64,000 nucleotides of DNA from Candidatus Latescibacterota bacterium (GTDB lineage: Bacteria; Latescibacterota; UBA2968; GCA-2709665): NCBI GenBank assembly GCA_965219455.1, contig OZ244744.1, forward strand, positions 5,248,001 through 5,312,000, read 5' to 3'. The position numbers and the translations under genes are program-made. The first letter of the stretch is position 1; every line of letters starts with the position of its first letter. The notes under the pieces were generated by a model. It saw only the letters and a list, made by a program, of their open reading frames with translations. It was not told the origin of the DNA and made no database searches. Of the stretch, positions 40,208-49,917 are shown piece after piece.

Positions 40208-41290
40208 TCATTTGGCCTGCAGATAACCTTCCGCCGCAAGCAATTCGGCCATGAGAATGGCGCCGCCGGCCGCTCCTCGAACGGTGTTGTGGCTCAGAGC
40301 GACGAATCTGTAGTCGAACAGGTTGTCTTCCCTCAGCCTCCCGAGCGTCACACCCATGCCATTTCCCGCATCCCGGTCCAACCGTGTCTGCGGGCGGTCT
40401 TCTTCATCGAAATACGTCAGGAACGGCCTGGGCGAAGACGGCAGGTTGGCCGCCTTCGGGTTTCCCTGAAAATTTCGCCAGGAATCGATAATCTGTCCCC
40501 GGGAGGGCTTCCTTTCAAACGACACCGACGTGGCGGCCATGTGTCCGTCGCTCACGGGCACGCGAATGCACTGGGCGGAAATGATCGGTCCGCTGGCATT
40601 ACGGATTTCACCGTTGTGAATTTCGCCCCAGATTTTCAACGGTTCCATGGCGCTTTTTTCTTCCTCCCCTCCGATGAAGGGGATGATATTATCTTCCATT
40701 TCAGGCCACGACTGAAAGGTCTTTCCGGCGCCGGAAATGGCCTGGTAGGTACATACGGATGCTTTTTGTGGGCCGAAGTCCGCCAGTGCCTCAAACGCCG
40801 GGACATAGGGCTGGATCGAGCAGTTCGGCTTGACGGCCACAAATCCGGATCGCGTGCCCAGACGCTTGCGCTGCGTCTCGATGATGTCCACGTGCCCTGC
40901 GTTGATCTCGGGCATGAGCATGGGTACGTCCGGCGTCCACCGATGGGCGGAGTTGTTGGAGGCCACGGGCGTTTCCCGTTGGGCATAGGCGTCCTCGAGG
41001 TTGCGAATGTCCTCTTTATCCATATCGAGCGCCGAACAGACAAAATCGACCTCATCGGCAATGCCTTCGATCTCGTTGACGTTTCTAACGACCAGATCCG
41101 CGATGGCAGGAGGAATGTCCGAGGTAAGCGTCCAGCGGCCGGTGACCGCTTCACGGTACGTCCTGCCAGCCGACCGCGGGCTGGCCGCCACGACTGCGGC
41201 CTCGAACCAGGGGTGGTCTTCCAGCAGTGAAACGAAGCGCTGACCGACCATGCCGGTCGCGCCCAGAACGCCTGCTTTGAGTCTGTTCAT
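40208..41290 (-). CDS. asd: aspartate-semialdehyde dehydrogenase
   Basis: LGATGMVGQRF, KPNCS catalytic Cys, QAISGAG, RVPVSDGH, HNTVRGAAG. Confidence 0.95.
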   Translation of the reverse strand: MNRLKAGVLGATGMVGQRFVSLLEDHPWFEAAVVAASPRSAGRTYREAVTGRWTLTSDIPPAIADLVVRNVNEIEGIADEVDFVCSALDMDKEDIRNLEDAYAQRETPVASNNSAHRWTPDVPMLMPEINAGHVDIIETQRKRLGTRSGFVAVKPNCSIQPYVPAFEALADFGPQKASVCTYQAISGAGKTFQSWPEMEDNIIPFIGGEEEKSAMEPLKIWGEIHNGEIRNASGPIISAQCIRVPVSDGHMAATSVSFERKPSRGQIIDSWRNFQGNPKAANLPSSPRPFLTYFDEEDRPQTRLDRDAGNGMGVTLGRLREDNLFDYRFVALSHNTVRGAAGGAILMAELLAAEGYLQAK

Positions 41291-41391
41291 ATCCCGTTCC
41301 TTCTGTGAGAGAGAGTTGCCAGCAGCCCGCCTCAGATTCGACGTGTGCCTGCTACCGGAAATCCGCGGCTTGCTGCCTTACGTTAACCGGC

Positions 41392-41435
41392 AAAAAAAAC
41401 AGCCGGCATGTCCGAAGGTAGAGACATCGCCGGCT
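41392..41435 (-). terminator. intrinsic terminator, expression platform of the lysine riboswitch
   Basis: Minus strand AGCCGGCGATGTC...GACATGCCGGCT followed by GTTTTTTTT, between the aptamer and asd. Confidence 0.8.
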
Positions 41436-41456
41436 ACGACCGAAACGCGCCACATC

Positions 41457-41639
41457 GCAAGAGAGCGCTCCACGGGAAACCGATTCCCATGACAGTCCAC
41501 TGGATCTTATCCAGCAGCCCAGCCCGTCCATCCCGGCGGCGGGAGTTTCGAGCTTCGGCAGGTTCACCCTTTCGTCCGGCAGCTGTGGGTCCGCCGTCCA
41601 CTGCCGGTTACTGATGCAAACCCGCGCCTCTACCCTTGC
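41457..41639 (-). promoter_or_regulatory. lysine riboswitch (L-box) aptamer
   Basis: Minus strand GCAAGGGTAGAGGCGC...AGTA...GAAAGG...GCCGAA...GGACTGTC...GGAGCGCTCTCTTGC carries the L-box conserved motifs in order, with P1 pairing, directly upstream of asd. Confidence 0.9.
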
Positions 41640-41648
41640 AGCGGAAGA

Positions 41649-41676
41649 AAAATAAATAAACGCGAATATTTGTCAA
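41649..41676 (-). promoter_or_regulatory. sigma70 promoter for the riboswitch-asd transcript
   Basis: TTGACA-N16-TATTTT ending about 9 nt before the aptamer 5' end. Confidence 0.6.
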
Positions 41677-41863
41677 GAAAAAGCGTCGCGAAATTACTGA
41701 AAATCGGGGTCGTCAAACGAGGACTGCAACCAGAATCGGGTTGGCAGGACCGCGGCGTTACCCCGTCTGTCATCTGACCCGACGCTCGACTTTCACCATA
41801 GGTATCGTTCGTAACTATCTCTGTCCGAAATTTTTATCGTATTGTAACTACGTTGATCACGCG

Positions 41864-42604
41864 TCAGAGGTTCAACAGCCGGGCGATGTTTCCGGCTAGA
41901 ATGGCGGATTGTTCGGCCTCGGAGATGCCGGAAGCCCTGACCTTTTCGAGGTCGGTGCGGACATAGGTTGCCAGGTCGGGTGTGGGGTAGGGACCGTCGG
42001 TGCCCCAGATGATACGTTCCGGCCCCAGGCGTTCCACGGCTTCGCGGATTTTCCAGATCAGAACGACGCCGCTGATGTCCATATAGACGTTTTCGTATTC
42101 TTCCGCGATGCGGACAAACCGATCGATGAGCGACTGGTCGGTGCACAGATAGCGGCCCATGTGCGCGACAATGATCGAGGTCCCGGGGAAAGCGCGCGCC
42201 ATGCGTTCGAGGTCGTCGCCTCGGCCGATGAAATCGATGAGACAGGGTACGCCGAGTTTGCCGGCCAGTACGAGGATGGGGTCGGATACGTATTCCGCGA
42301 GGGTGCATTCGCCCGCGTGAATCTTGATACCCTTGAAGCCCAGGCCGGTTACGGCTTCTTCGATACATCCGACGATGGACCGCTCGGTGTTGGGCAGCGC
42401 GTATGCGTAAGGAATAAGGCGTTCCGGATACAGTTCATGCGCGGCTCGTGCCCGTAAGACGGCGTCAAACGTGGTGGTGCAGATGGCGAAGACGACCGAT
42501 TTTTCCACACCTGCGTCATCCATGGATTCAACGATCTGATGGGCAGTGTATTCGGTTCGTGCGGCGTTGCCGTGCCTGAGATGCACGTGGCTGTCGATAA
42601 TCAT
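41864..42604 (-). CDS. amidohydrolase family 2 protein
   Basis: IIDSHVH, KGIKIH, IVAHMG, WGTDGP. Confidence 0.85.
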   Translation of the reverse strand: MIIDSHVHLRHGNAARTEYTAHQIVESMDDAGVEKSVVFAICTTTFDAVLRARAAHELYPERLIPYAYALPNTERSIVGCIEEAVTGLGFKGIKIHAGECTLAEYVSDPILVLAGKLGVPCLIDFIGRGDDLERMARAFPGTSIIVAHMGRYLCTDQSLIDRFVRIAEEYENVYMDISGVVLIWKIREAVERLGPERIIWGTDGPYPTPDLATYVRTDLEKVRASGISEAEQSAILAGNIARLLNL

Positions 42605-43074
42605 CGGCGTCGCTCCTCAACGAACGGGGCGCCGGCGGCTTCTTTGCCGACCGACTGGACCCTTCGATTCGGGATAGAAGTAGAACCCCCGGCGCATCGC
42701 GTGTTCAGAAGCACCGCGGAACGGATCAAGGGCGGGAATGGCGCAACGGTAATGCGGCGCATCGGCTCCGTGCGGCAGTCCAGCGGATGCCGGTTTACGC
42801 CAGGACGCGATTCAACTGTTGTCAGAGAGTACGGAGAAAGCGCTTGGCCGTCAATCGGTTTCCATGCTTGCAGACGTGTTTCCTTTGAGACGCGCGTCTT
42901 TCACCACCTTCGAATGTGGAAAAACGCATTTCAGGATTCGCCGGACGTCGTTTTCTGGGAGTTGACGAGGGTCGGAGCAGGCCGTCCGGACCCCGCGTTT
43001 ATTTCCGAATCAGGGCTTGCAGGGCGGTCACCGACCATTTCAAACAGATGTCACAAGATTGGAGCGGGTAGCTT

Positions 43075-45546
43075 ATGACGGACGTGTTTCAACCACTGGA
43101 TTTGAAAGCCTGTTTGAATTCCGGAACGGAGAATATCGAGACCGCGGCGACGGAGAGGCCAGGGTTCAGTGGCTTACACCGCCTTCCGGGCGGAGACTGC
43201 CGTTTCTGGGGCGTACCGTTCGCGCTGGGGGACCGCGAGGAGCGTCCCGGCGGACCGGCGTTTATCCTGGTTTCAGGGCGGCCGGATGAGCGGATTGCAG
43301 GTTCCGTTTCCATCGCCGTTGGCCGGAAAACGCGCCGGGTGTTGTTCGCCCACGTCTGTGCGCCCGTTGATGGAACCGAGACGAGTCTCGAAGGCACAGG
43401 AGAGTCGATCGGCAGATACCGGATCGACTACGACTCAGGACATGGTGTCGAGCAGGAACTGAGGCGGCGGTTCGAGATTCACGACCTGTTCGTGCCGTGG
43501 GGCCACCATCCCTTTCTCTGCCGGAATTGCCGCGAGTTTCTCCCGGTGACCCTGGACGACCGGACCCTGCCGTACGGCGCGGCACAGGTGGGTGTCAGGT
43601 CTGAAAGCAGCGACCTGACGGGCTGGTGGCTGTACAATTGGGAAAATCCGCATCCGGAGAAGACAATTCGGACAATCGAAGTGGTGGCGTCCCCCGAAGC
43701 CGCGATGGCTCTTGGCGGAATCACCCTCTGCCAGGAGGGAAACGACCCGTTTGCGTGGCATCCGCGCCGCGAAGTGGCCGTTTCGACGGAACACGAAGAC
43801 GAGATCGCGGTAGAGATGGATCGAGGTGTGATCGCGCGACAGGACTGTCTATACGCGCCTGAAGAGGATTACCTGGAGACGGATGAGGCGGGGTGGGGTG
43901 GCGGCAGTCAGGCGTTTCGGGAGGGGCGTTATCTGGAAATCCACGGGTCACGGGAAGGGCGGCTGAACATCCGGAGCGGGGAATCTGACGCGACGTTCAG
44001 GTGGGGAGAAGTATTGGATAATAAAACTGCGCAGCGCGGTTCCGTTCGCGTGGAATTGGTTGCTCCGGCCGGCAAGCAGTGGGTGCATGTTCGCGTGAAC
44101 GACGCGAAGGCCGGCCGGCCGGTGGGATGCCGGATACACTTCCGGTCTCCTCACGGCGCTTATTTCGCGCCGCATGGCCATCAGGCGGACGTGAATACCG
44201 CCTGGTTCGAGGATATGGGGGGCGACTGCAAGGTGCGCGGCACGCCGTACGCGTACATCGACGGTACCTGCCAGGTCGAACTTCCCGTGGGACCGGTTTA
44301 CGTGGAGGTGGCGCGCGGATTCGAGTATGTTCCTGTGCGGAAGCTGGTGGAGGTCAAACCGGGTCAGCGGGATCTCTCACTGGAGATTGAACGGGCATTC
44401 GATATGAAAGACCGGGGTTTCTATTCCGGCGACACCCACGTGCATTTTCTGTCGTCGCAATCCTCCCATCTCGAGGCGGCCGGTGAGGACCTGAACGTGG
44501 TGAACCTTCTCGCCAGCCAATGGGGTCGCCTGTTTACCAGTTGGGAGGAGTTTACGGGAGGCTTGGCGCCGACGAGCAGCGAGTACCACAAGATCTGGGT
44601 GAGTCAGGAAAACCGGCAGCATGTGCTCGGGCACATCAGCCTGTTGGGACTCAAGGAAATGGTGGCGCCAATGGGTACCGGAGGCCCTCAGGAGGATTGG
44701 ATTGGCGGTGAGATCCAGGTCCTGATGGCGGATTGGGCGGAAGCCTGTCGGCGGCAGGGCGGGCTTGTGATTATGCCGCATATGCCAACGCCCGATTTCG
44801 AGAATGCCGCGAATATTGTGCTCGGCCAGGCCGACGCCGCGGAAATGTGCTGGATATGGCAGGGGGAACGGATCGGCGCCGGTGAGCGCGGGTACTACCG
44901 CTGGCTGAACACGGGGCAGAAGCTTCCGATCGTGGGCGGGACGGATAAGATGTCGAACGGACGCATCCTGGGCGGATCCCGCACGTACGCGAAGCTGGAC
45001 CCTGCCGACGGGTTTACGTTCGAGAACTGGTGCAAAGCGGTCAAGCGCGGGACGACATTCGCCAGTACCGGCGCGATGATCGATCTCAGGGTCGACGGAA
45101 CGCCGATGGGAGGGGAGATCGCGCTGCCGGGTAACGGGGGAACCGTGGAGGTGGTCGCTACCGCGGAAAGCGTGTGGCCGTTGACCGCGGTGGAACTGAT
45201 TGTCAACGGGCAGCGCGTAACCAGGCAGGATGCGGCAGGCGACCGCAGGACGGTGGCTGTAAAATACGACATGAAGGTGGAAAAGTCATGCTGGGTGGCG
45301 GCACGGTGTTGGGGTGAGTACGCAACGGACGCCGGCCCGGTAATGGCACATTCATCGCCGGTCTACATCGACGTGGGTAACCGATGCGCGTTCGAATCCA
45401 CGGACGGCGAATATCTGTTGACTCATATGGAGGGCGGAATCGCCTGGGCGGAGAAAATCGGCGTATTCCGTGACGAGAGAACGCGCGCGCGGCTGATCGC
45501 GCTCTTTCGACAGGCCCAGGAGGAGTTGAAGCGGCGGGTGACGTAG
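43075..45546 (+). CDS. CehA/McbA-like PHP-fold metallohydrolase, copy 2
   Basis: Paralog of 37675: RGFEY, SGDTHVHFLS, ENRQHVLGH, LPIVGGTDKMS, AHSSPVY. Confidence 0.8.
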   Translation: MTDVFQPLDLKACLNSGTENIETAATERPGFSGLHRLPGGDCRFWGVPFALGDREERPGGPAFILVSGRPDERIAGSVSIAVGRKTRRVLFAHVCAPVDGTETSLEGTGESIGRYRIDYDSGHGVEQELRRRFEIHDLFVPWGHHPFLCRNCREFLPVTLDDRTLPYGAAQVGVRSESSDLTGWWLYNWENPHPEKTIRTIEVVASPEAAMALGGITLCQEGNDPFAWHPRREVAVSTEHEDEIAVEMDRGVIARQDCLYAPEEDYLETDEAGWGGGSQAFREGRYLEIHGSREGRLNIRSGESDATFRWGEVLDNKTAQRGSVRVELVAPAGKQWVHVRVNDAKAGRPVGCRIHFRSPHGAYFAPHGHQADVNTAWFEDMGGDCKVRGTPYAYIDGTCQVELPVGPVYVEVARGFEYVPVRKLVEVKPGQRDLSLEIERAFDMKDRGFYSGDTHVHFLSSQSSHLEAAGEDLNVVNLLASQWGRLFTSWEEFTGGLAPTSSEYHKIWVSQENRQHVLGHISLLGLKEMVAPMGTGGPQEDWIGGEIQVLMADWAEACRRQGGLVIMPHMPTPDFENAANIVLGQADAAEMCWIWQGERIGAGERGYYRWLNTGQKLPIVGGTDKMSNGRILGGSRTYAKLDPADGFTFENWCKAVKRGTTFASTGAMIDLRVDGTPMGGEIALPGNGGTVEVVATAESVWPLTAVELIVNGQRVTRQDAAGDRRTVAVKYDMKVEKSCWVAARCWGEYATDAGPVMAHSSPVYIDVGNRCAFESTDGEYLLTHMEGGIAWAEKIGVFRDERTRARLIALFRQAQEELKRRVT

Positions 45547-45586
45547 TCTGTCACTGCCTCCATGTTACATGCAGACGGGGGGATCC

Positions 45587-46393
45587 ATGCAATTCAAACT
45601 GGGATACAGTACACTCAGGTGGCAGGAGCCGGATCTGGAACCGGCGCTGGAAACGTTGAAAAAAGCAGGATGGGACGGCTGGGAGGCACGGATGCCCGCG
45701 GACTGGCTGGGGCCCCCTTCCCGGTTGCGGCGCGTGTGCGAAAACGTCGGACTGCCGATGGCGGTTTATACCGCCAGTGGATCACCGGATGTTCGGGATT
45801 GGGCGCACGTGGAGCGTAACCACCGCCGCATGGAATACGCGGCGGAAGTGGGTGCCGACTGCTTTATGTTCATGAGCGGCGTCAAACCGGCCGGCCGGTC
45901 GGTGACGGAGGACGACCTCACGGCGGCGGCCGAGGGCGCGGAAGCGTGGGCGGAATATGCGGAGTCACTGGGTCTGGAAATCAGCTACCATATCCACACC
46001 AATACGCTGGTTGATTCCGTGGCCGACTGGAAATTCTACTCGGAGCGGCTTCGGAAGGCGAGGCTGTGTATCGACGTGTCCCACGCCAAACTCTGGGGAT
46101 ATGATCCGTCCGATTCGATACGAGACTTCCGGAGCCGGCTGAATTACATGCACCTTCAGGATTACGCTTCTACCTCGCGGGACGAAAGCGGTCGATACGA
46201 TCCGGTCTGGTGCGACGTGGGCGAGGGGCCGGATGTGGATTTCGTGGCGATTCGAAGGGCGCTGGTGGAGATCGGTTTCTCCCGATGGGTGACGAGTTGT
46301 CCGGGAATCCCCATACCCGGTGCCGATGACCCGATCAGTGAGGCCAGGCGAAGCCGGAAGACATATGCGTTTTTGCGACGGATCGGATATTGA
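45587..46393 (+). CDS. sugar phosphate isomerase/epimerase (xylose isomerase-like TIM barrel)
   Basis: YHIH, CIDVSH, YMHLQD, VGEG. Confidence 0.8.
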   Translation: MQFKLGYSTLRWQEPDLEPALETLKKAGWDGWEARMPADWLGPPSRLRRVCENVGLPMAVYTASGSPDVRDWAHVERNHRRMEYAAEVGADCFMFMSGVKPAGRSVTEDDLTAAAEGAEAWAEYAESLGLEISYHIHTNTLVDSVADWKFYSERLRKARLCIDVSHAKLWGYDPSDSIRDFRSRLNYMHLQDYASTSRDESGRYDPVWCDVGEGPDVDFVAIRRALVEIGFSRWVTSCPGIPIPGADDPISEARRSRKTYAFLRRIGY

Positions 46394-46585
46394 ACCGGGT
46401 GTGAAGGACAGGAACCGACGACGGGCCCGAAGCCCTGTGTATGTGTCATTTTGGCATAAATCGTCAGGCGAATCGTTGAAAATAAGACGAAATGGCATAT
46501 TCTGTTTTTGTCGATTTCATTTTCTGAAATCAATCAAAATTCTTGATTCTTGCTAATTGGGCACCCGTTGAACCGGGGTCGAACG

Positions 46586-46627
46586 ACAAAGAGGCCGGGG
46601 AAGAAACTCCCGGCCTCTTTGTTTGTT
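46586..46627. terminator. intrinsic terminator hairpin
   Basis: ACAAAGAGGCCGGG-loop-CCCGGCCTCTTTGT with a T-rich tail, between convergent genes. Confidence 0.8.
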
Positions 46628-46641
46628 ATCCCGAATAACCG

Positions 46642-47475
46642 CTACGTTTCGGGATCCATCCAGGGTGTCCAATTGCTCAAAGATAGCGCGCCGTCGGCGA
46701 CAATCGTCGTTCCGGTGATGTATGCCGCGGCCGGAGAACACAGGAAGAGCGTGATGGCCGCGACCTCGTCCGGGTCCGCGAACCGGCCGGCGGGGACATC
46801 CCGGAGGGCCACTGATTCGAAGCCTTCGCGTTGGAGGGGCTTGAATTCGTGCTCCCGAAGGCCGGTGGTGTCGACAAAGCCCGGAGCGATGGCGTTGACC
46901 GTCACCTTTCGGCCGGCATAATGGTAGCCCAGGGTCCTGGTCAGGTTGACCACGCCCGCACGGGCGGCGCCTGAGTGGGCAAAAGGCGCTGCGCCCCGCT
47001 CGAGTGCGTATATATGTACGATGTTAACGATAGATCCGTAACCATTCCTGGCCATGTGGGGTCCGATGCGGCTGCACATGTTCCAGGTACCGTTGAGGTT
47101 GAGATCCACGACCGCCCGCCATCCCCCATCGGTGATCTCCGACGGACGCGCGGGGTACTGGCCGCCGGCATTGTTGACCAGAAAGTCGATGGCGCCGAAT
47201 TCGCACAGCGCGGTGGAGACAAGGTCTTCAACCTGTTCGATTTTCCTGATGTTGGTGGGCAGGGCCAGGCATCGGGCGCCGATGCTGGTAATTTCCTCGG
47301 CGGCGGACGCGAGAGGTCCGGGATTTCGTCCGGCGATTACAGTTTGCGCCCCCAGCCGCGCGAACGCGAGGGCGATTCGTCTGCCGATTCCCCGGCCGCC
47401 GCCGGTTACGAGCGCGGTTTTCCCGGCGAAGAGATCGGGAGCGAATACGGCCAGGGCTGCGGAGTCGGACTTCAT
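46642..47475 (-). CDS. SDR oxidoreductase (2,4-dienoyl-CoA / trans-2-enoyl-CoA reductase-like)
   Basis: TGGGRGIG, VNNAGGQY, HSGAARAGV, VNAIAPG. Confidence 0.88.
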   Translation of the reverse strand: MKSDSAALAVFAPDLFAGKTALVTGGGRGIGRRIALAFARLGAQTVIAGRNPGPLASAAEEITSIGARCLALPTNIRKIEQVEDLVSTALCEFGAIDFLVNNAGGQYPARPSEITDGGWRAVVDLNLNGTWNMCSRIGPHMARNGYGSIVNIVHIYALERGAAPFAHSGAARAGVVNLTRTLGYHYAGRKVTVNAIAPGFVDTTGLREHEFKPLQREGFESVALRDVPAGRFADPDEVAAITLFLCSPAAAYITGTTIVADGALSLSNWTPWMDPET

Positions 47476-47697
47476 CGGGCGTTCTTCAGGACGGAATGGA
47501 GGGTGGACTACGGACGACTCGCAAAGATACGCGATGGGCGGGCTGAATTCAACCGCTAATGACATCCGCCGGGTCTGCCAAAAAAACAGTCGTGCAGACA
47601 CTCATGCCGGCGCCCGCCGCACGATCACACGTTTCCCGGTGGGTGAGCGCGGGTGTTTCGCAGTCGGGTGGTCGACGCATGAATCACCCATTTCCTA

Positions 47698-47834
47698 TTT
47701 CGCCCATCAGACCGTGAAAAGCGCTCCACGGGGTCGGTCTGGACTGTTGCAGAGAAACGAAAGGAGGGCGTGACAGACCATTTTTCGCCCATCGGGCCGC
47801 GAAAAGCGCTCCACGGGGTCGGTCTGGACTGTTG
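47698..47834. repeat. two 52-bp direct repeats (period 85 bp)
   Basis: TTTCGCCCATCRGRCCGYGAAAAGCGCTCCACGGGGTCGGTCTGGACTGTTG at 47698-47749 and 47783-47834. Confidence 0.85.
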
Positions 47835-48075
47835 GCGTGACAGAAATCCCTTGTGCCCGGAGACCGGATACATATCTTCCGCTTCGGGACCGAGATCTGA
47901 AACCGACAGGATTGGCGGGCGTCATAGGAAGTGCCGGCGACGGGCGAGCTACCAACTGCAGACGTGACGTCGCACGCCGGCGGACCAGCCTGCCCGCGGA
48001 CGTCGCCGAAACATGATTGGTCATCTGTTGAACCATCGTCCATTCCCGTTGAGTGACTGAACAGGATGTAAAGAT

Positions 48076-49830
48076 TTGATTTATGTCAGAGCCGTCGTCG
48101 CCATGGTCTTTTCCTGTATCCCCCTTGCCCTTTCCGGACAGGAAACGAAGTCTGCCATCGTCGAAGCGATTGCGATCGAGGGGAATCGGGTGCTTTCCAC
48201 CCGGGATCTCAAGCTGCTGATGTTTACCCGCGCGAGCCCTTGGTACGAAATTTTCCCGGGTGTAAGCGACCGGCGTTTCGTTCTTTCCGTGTTTCGATCC
48301 GATCTCGCGCGGATTACCGCGCATTACTCGGACATGGGTTATGTCGACGCTGTCGCGGATACGGTAATCGACAGGACGCGCCCCGGTTTCGTCCGGGTAC
48401 GTATCCGTATCGAAGAAGGAGAGCCGGTGCTGGTAAGCGGCGTCGGTCTTGAGGGGTTGCCCGCAGATGCCGAGCAGGACAGCACGCAAATCATGGCGGC
48501 GTTGAACACCAGGCAGGACCGGCCATTCACCCGGGTGGGAAGAGAGGCGGACCTCAAACGGATTTCGGACAGGATGCAGAACAACGGCTATGCCTTCGCC
48601 GAAGTCGCGGCGGAGGTGTCGATACAGGGCAAGCGTGCAAACGTGACGTTTCGAGTCAGGCCTGGACCCACGTGCCGGTTCGGGCAAGTACGAATCGAGG
48701 GCAACCGAAAGGTTTCAAAGGGTCTGGTCCTGAAAGGCCTGACCTTTCGGGAGGGAGATGCATACAGGAAGAAAGACCTCTTGAACAGCCGGCTCCAACT
48801 CTATCGCTCTGAAGCATTTCGGTCAGTTTCACTCGGCATCCCCGATACGGTTGCTCGTACAAGCCCGGTGGACGTGACCGTTGAGGTAAGGGAGCGTCCC
48901 GCGCGGAGCCTGAAACTGGGGGCGGGTTACGATACCGAAGAGCGGTTGAGGGGCCAGCTTGCGTGGCGGCACCGGAGTTTTCTGGGCAGCGGCGCCCGGC
49001 AGTTGACCGTTGAGTCTTCCGCGTCGGCGCTGGAAGCTCGGGCGAACGTCGGTGTACGGCAACCCTACATACTCGGGAGCAGGACGTGGTTGGAAATGAC
49101 GGGTTTTGTGGAGCAGGAGCGACCGCAGGAAGTCCGGGTAAAGCGTGGGGGCGCCAGCGCGGCGCTTGAACGGACCTTTCGGGCAACCGGGCGAGTCGTC
49201 TTCGAGGCGAGGACCGAAGTCGTCGAATTCGAGTTGGACAGCACCCGCGCAACTTTTTCGGTGGAATATCTTGAAGACAGACGAGATGATTTTTTCGACC
49301 CGCAGCGGGGCCTGCTGGCCGAACTCTTGGTGAAAGCGGCGGGAGTCAGAGAGTTCCTCAAAATATCGGGCGAGGTCCGATGGTATCGGAAGCTTTTCTG
49401 GAAGAGCGTACTGGCCTTGAGGGTTTCGGGAGGGATGATCCTGAACCGGGAAACCGTGGCGTCGATACCTAAGTTCGAACGGTTTTTTGCTGGCGGGGCC
49501 AACAGTGTGAGGGGATGGAAACTGAACCGGCTCGGCCCGAGGGACGCAACCGGCGAGCCGTTTGGCGGCAGGAGTATGCTCGAAGGAAGCATCGAAGTCC
49601 GCGCCCGGCTTCTGCCCGGTTTTGGTGTGGCCGCATTTGTGGATGCGGGCAACGTGGGATCGGATCGGTTCGACGCCTTCGATCCGGGCCGCCTGCGGCT
49701 GGCGGCAGGCGGCGGCGTGCGCTATCTCAACCCCGTAAGCCCGGTACGGCTCGATTTCGCGTACCGGCTGTCTGAAGATCCGGGCCAGCCTCGCCGGCGG
49801 ATCTATTTCAGCCTGGGACAGGCGTTCTGA
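48076..49830 (+). CDS. Omp85 family outer-membrane assembly protein (TamA-like)
   Basis: Signal peptide, POTRA-like repeats, RFFAGGANSVRG, FVDAGNV, C-terminal SLGQAF. Confidence 0.88.
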   Translation: MIYVRAVVAMVFSCIPLALSGQETKSAIVEAIAIEGNRVLSTRDLKLLMFTRASPWYEIFPGVSDRRFVLSVFRSDLARITAHYSDMGYVDAVADTVIDRTRPGFVRVRIRIEEGEPVLVSGVGLEGLPADAEQDSTQIMAALNTRQDRPFTRVGREADLKRISDRMQNNGYAFAEVAAEVSIQGKRANVTFRVRPGPTCRFGQVRIEGNRKVSKGLVLKGLTFREGDAYRKKDLLNSRLQLYRSEAFRSVSLGIPDTVARTSPVDVTVEVRERPARSLKLGAGYDTEERLRGQLAWRHRSFLGSGARQLTVESSASALEARANVGVRQPYILGSRTWLEMTGFVEQERPQEVRVKRGGASAALERTFRATGRVVFEARTEVVEFELDSTRATFSVEYLEDRRDDFFDPQRGLLAELLVKAAGVREFLKISGEVRWYRKLFWKSVLALRVSGGMILNRETVASIPKFERFFAGGANSVRGWKLNRLGPRDATGEPFGGRSMLEGSIEVRARLLPGFGVAAFVDAGNVGSDRFDAFDPGRLRLAAGGGVRYLNPVSPVRLDFAYRLSEDPGQPRRRIYFSLGQAF

Positions 49831-49917
49831 AATATCGCGTGCGTACCGGTCGAAACCGACCGGCACATTTAACCATCTGACGTGATGCGCGGGTTTGCCG
49901 TGGCAAATCTAACACTT

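Noticed and set aside
42539-43078. 179-aa + strand ORF
   Set aside because: Overlaps the divergent amidohydrolase start and has non-protein-like composition; probably a promoter region
47698-47834. CRISPR array or second lysine riboswitch (shares AGCGCTCCACGGG with 41464-41476)
   Set aside because: Only two 52-bp units and no cas genes; the other L-box motifs are missing, so the 13-nt match is probably chance
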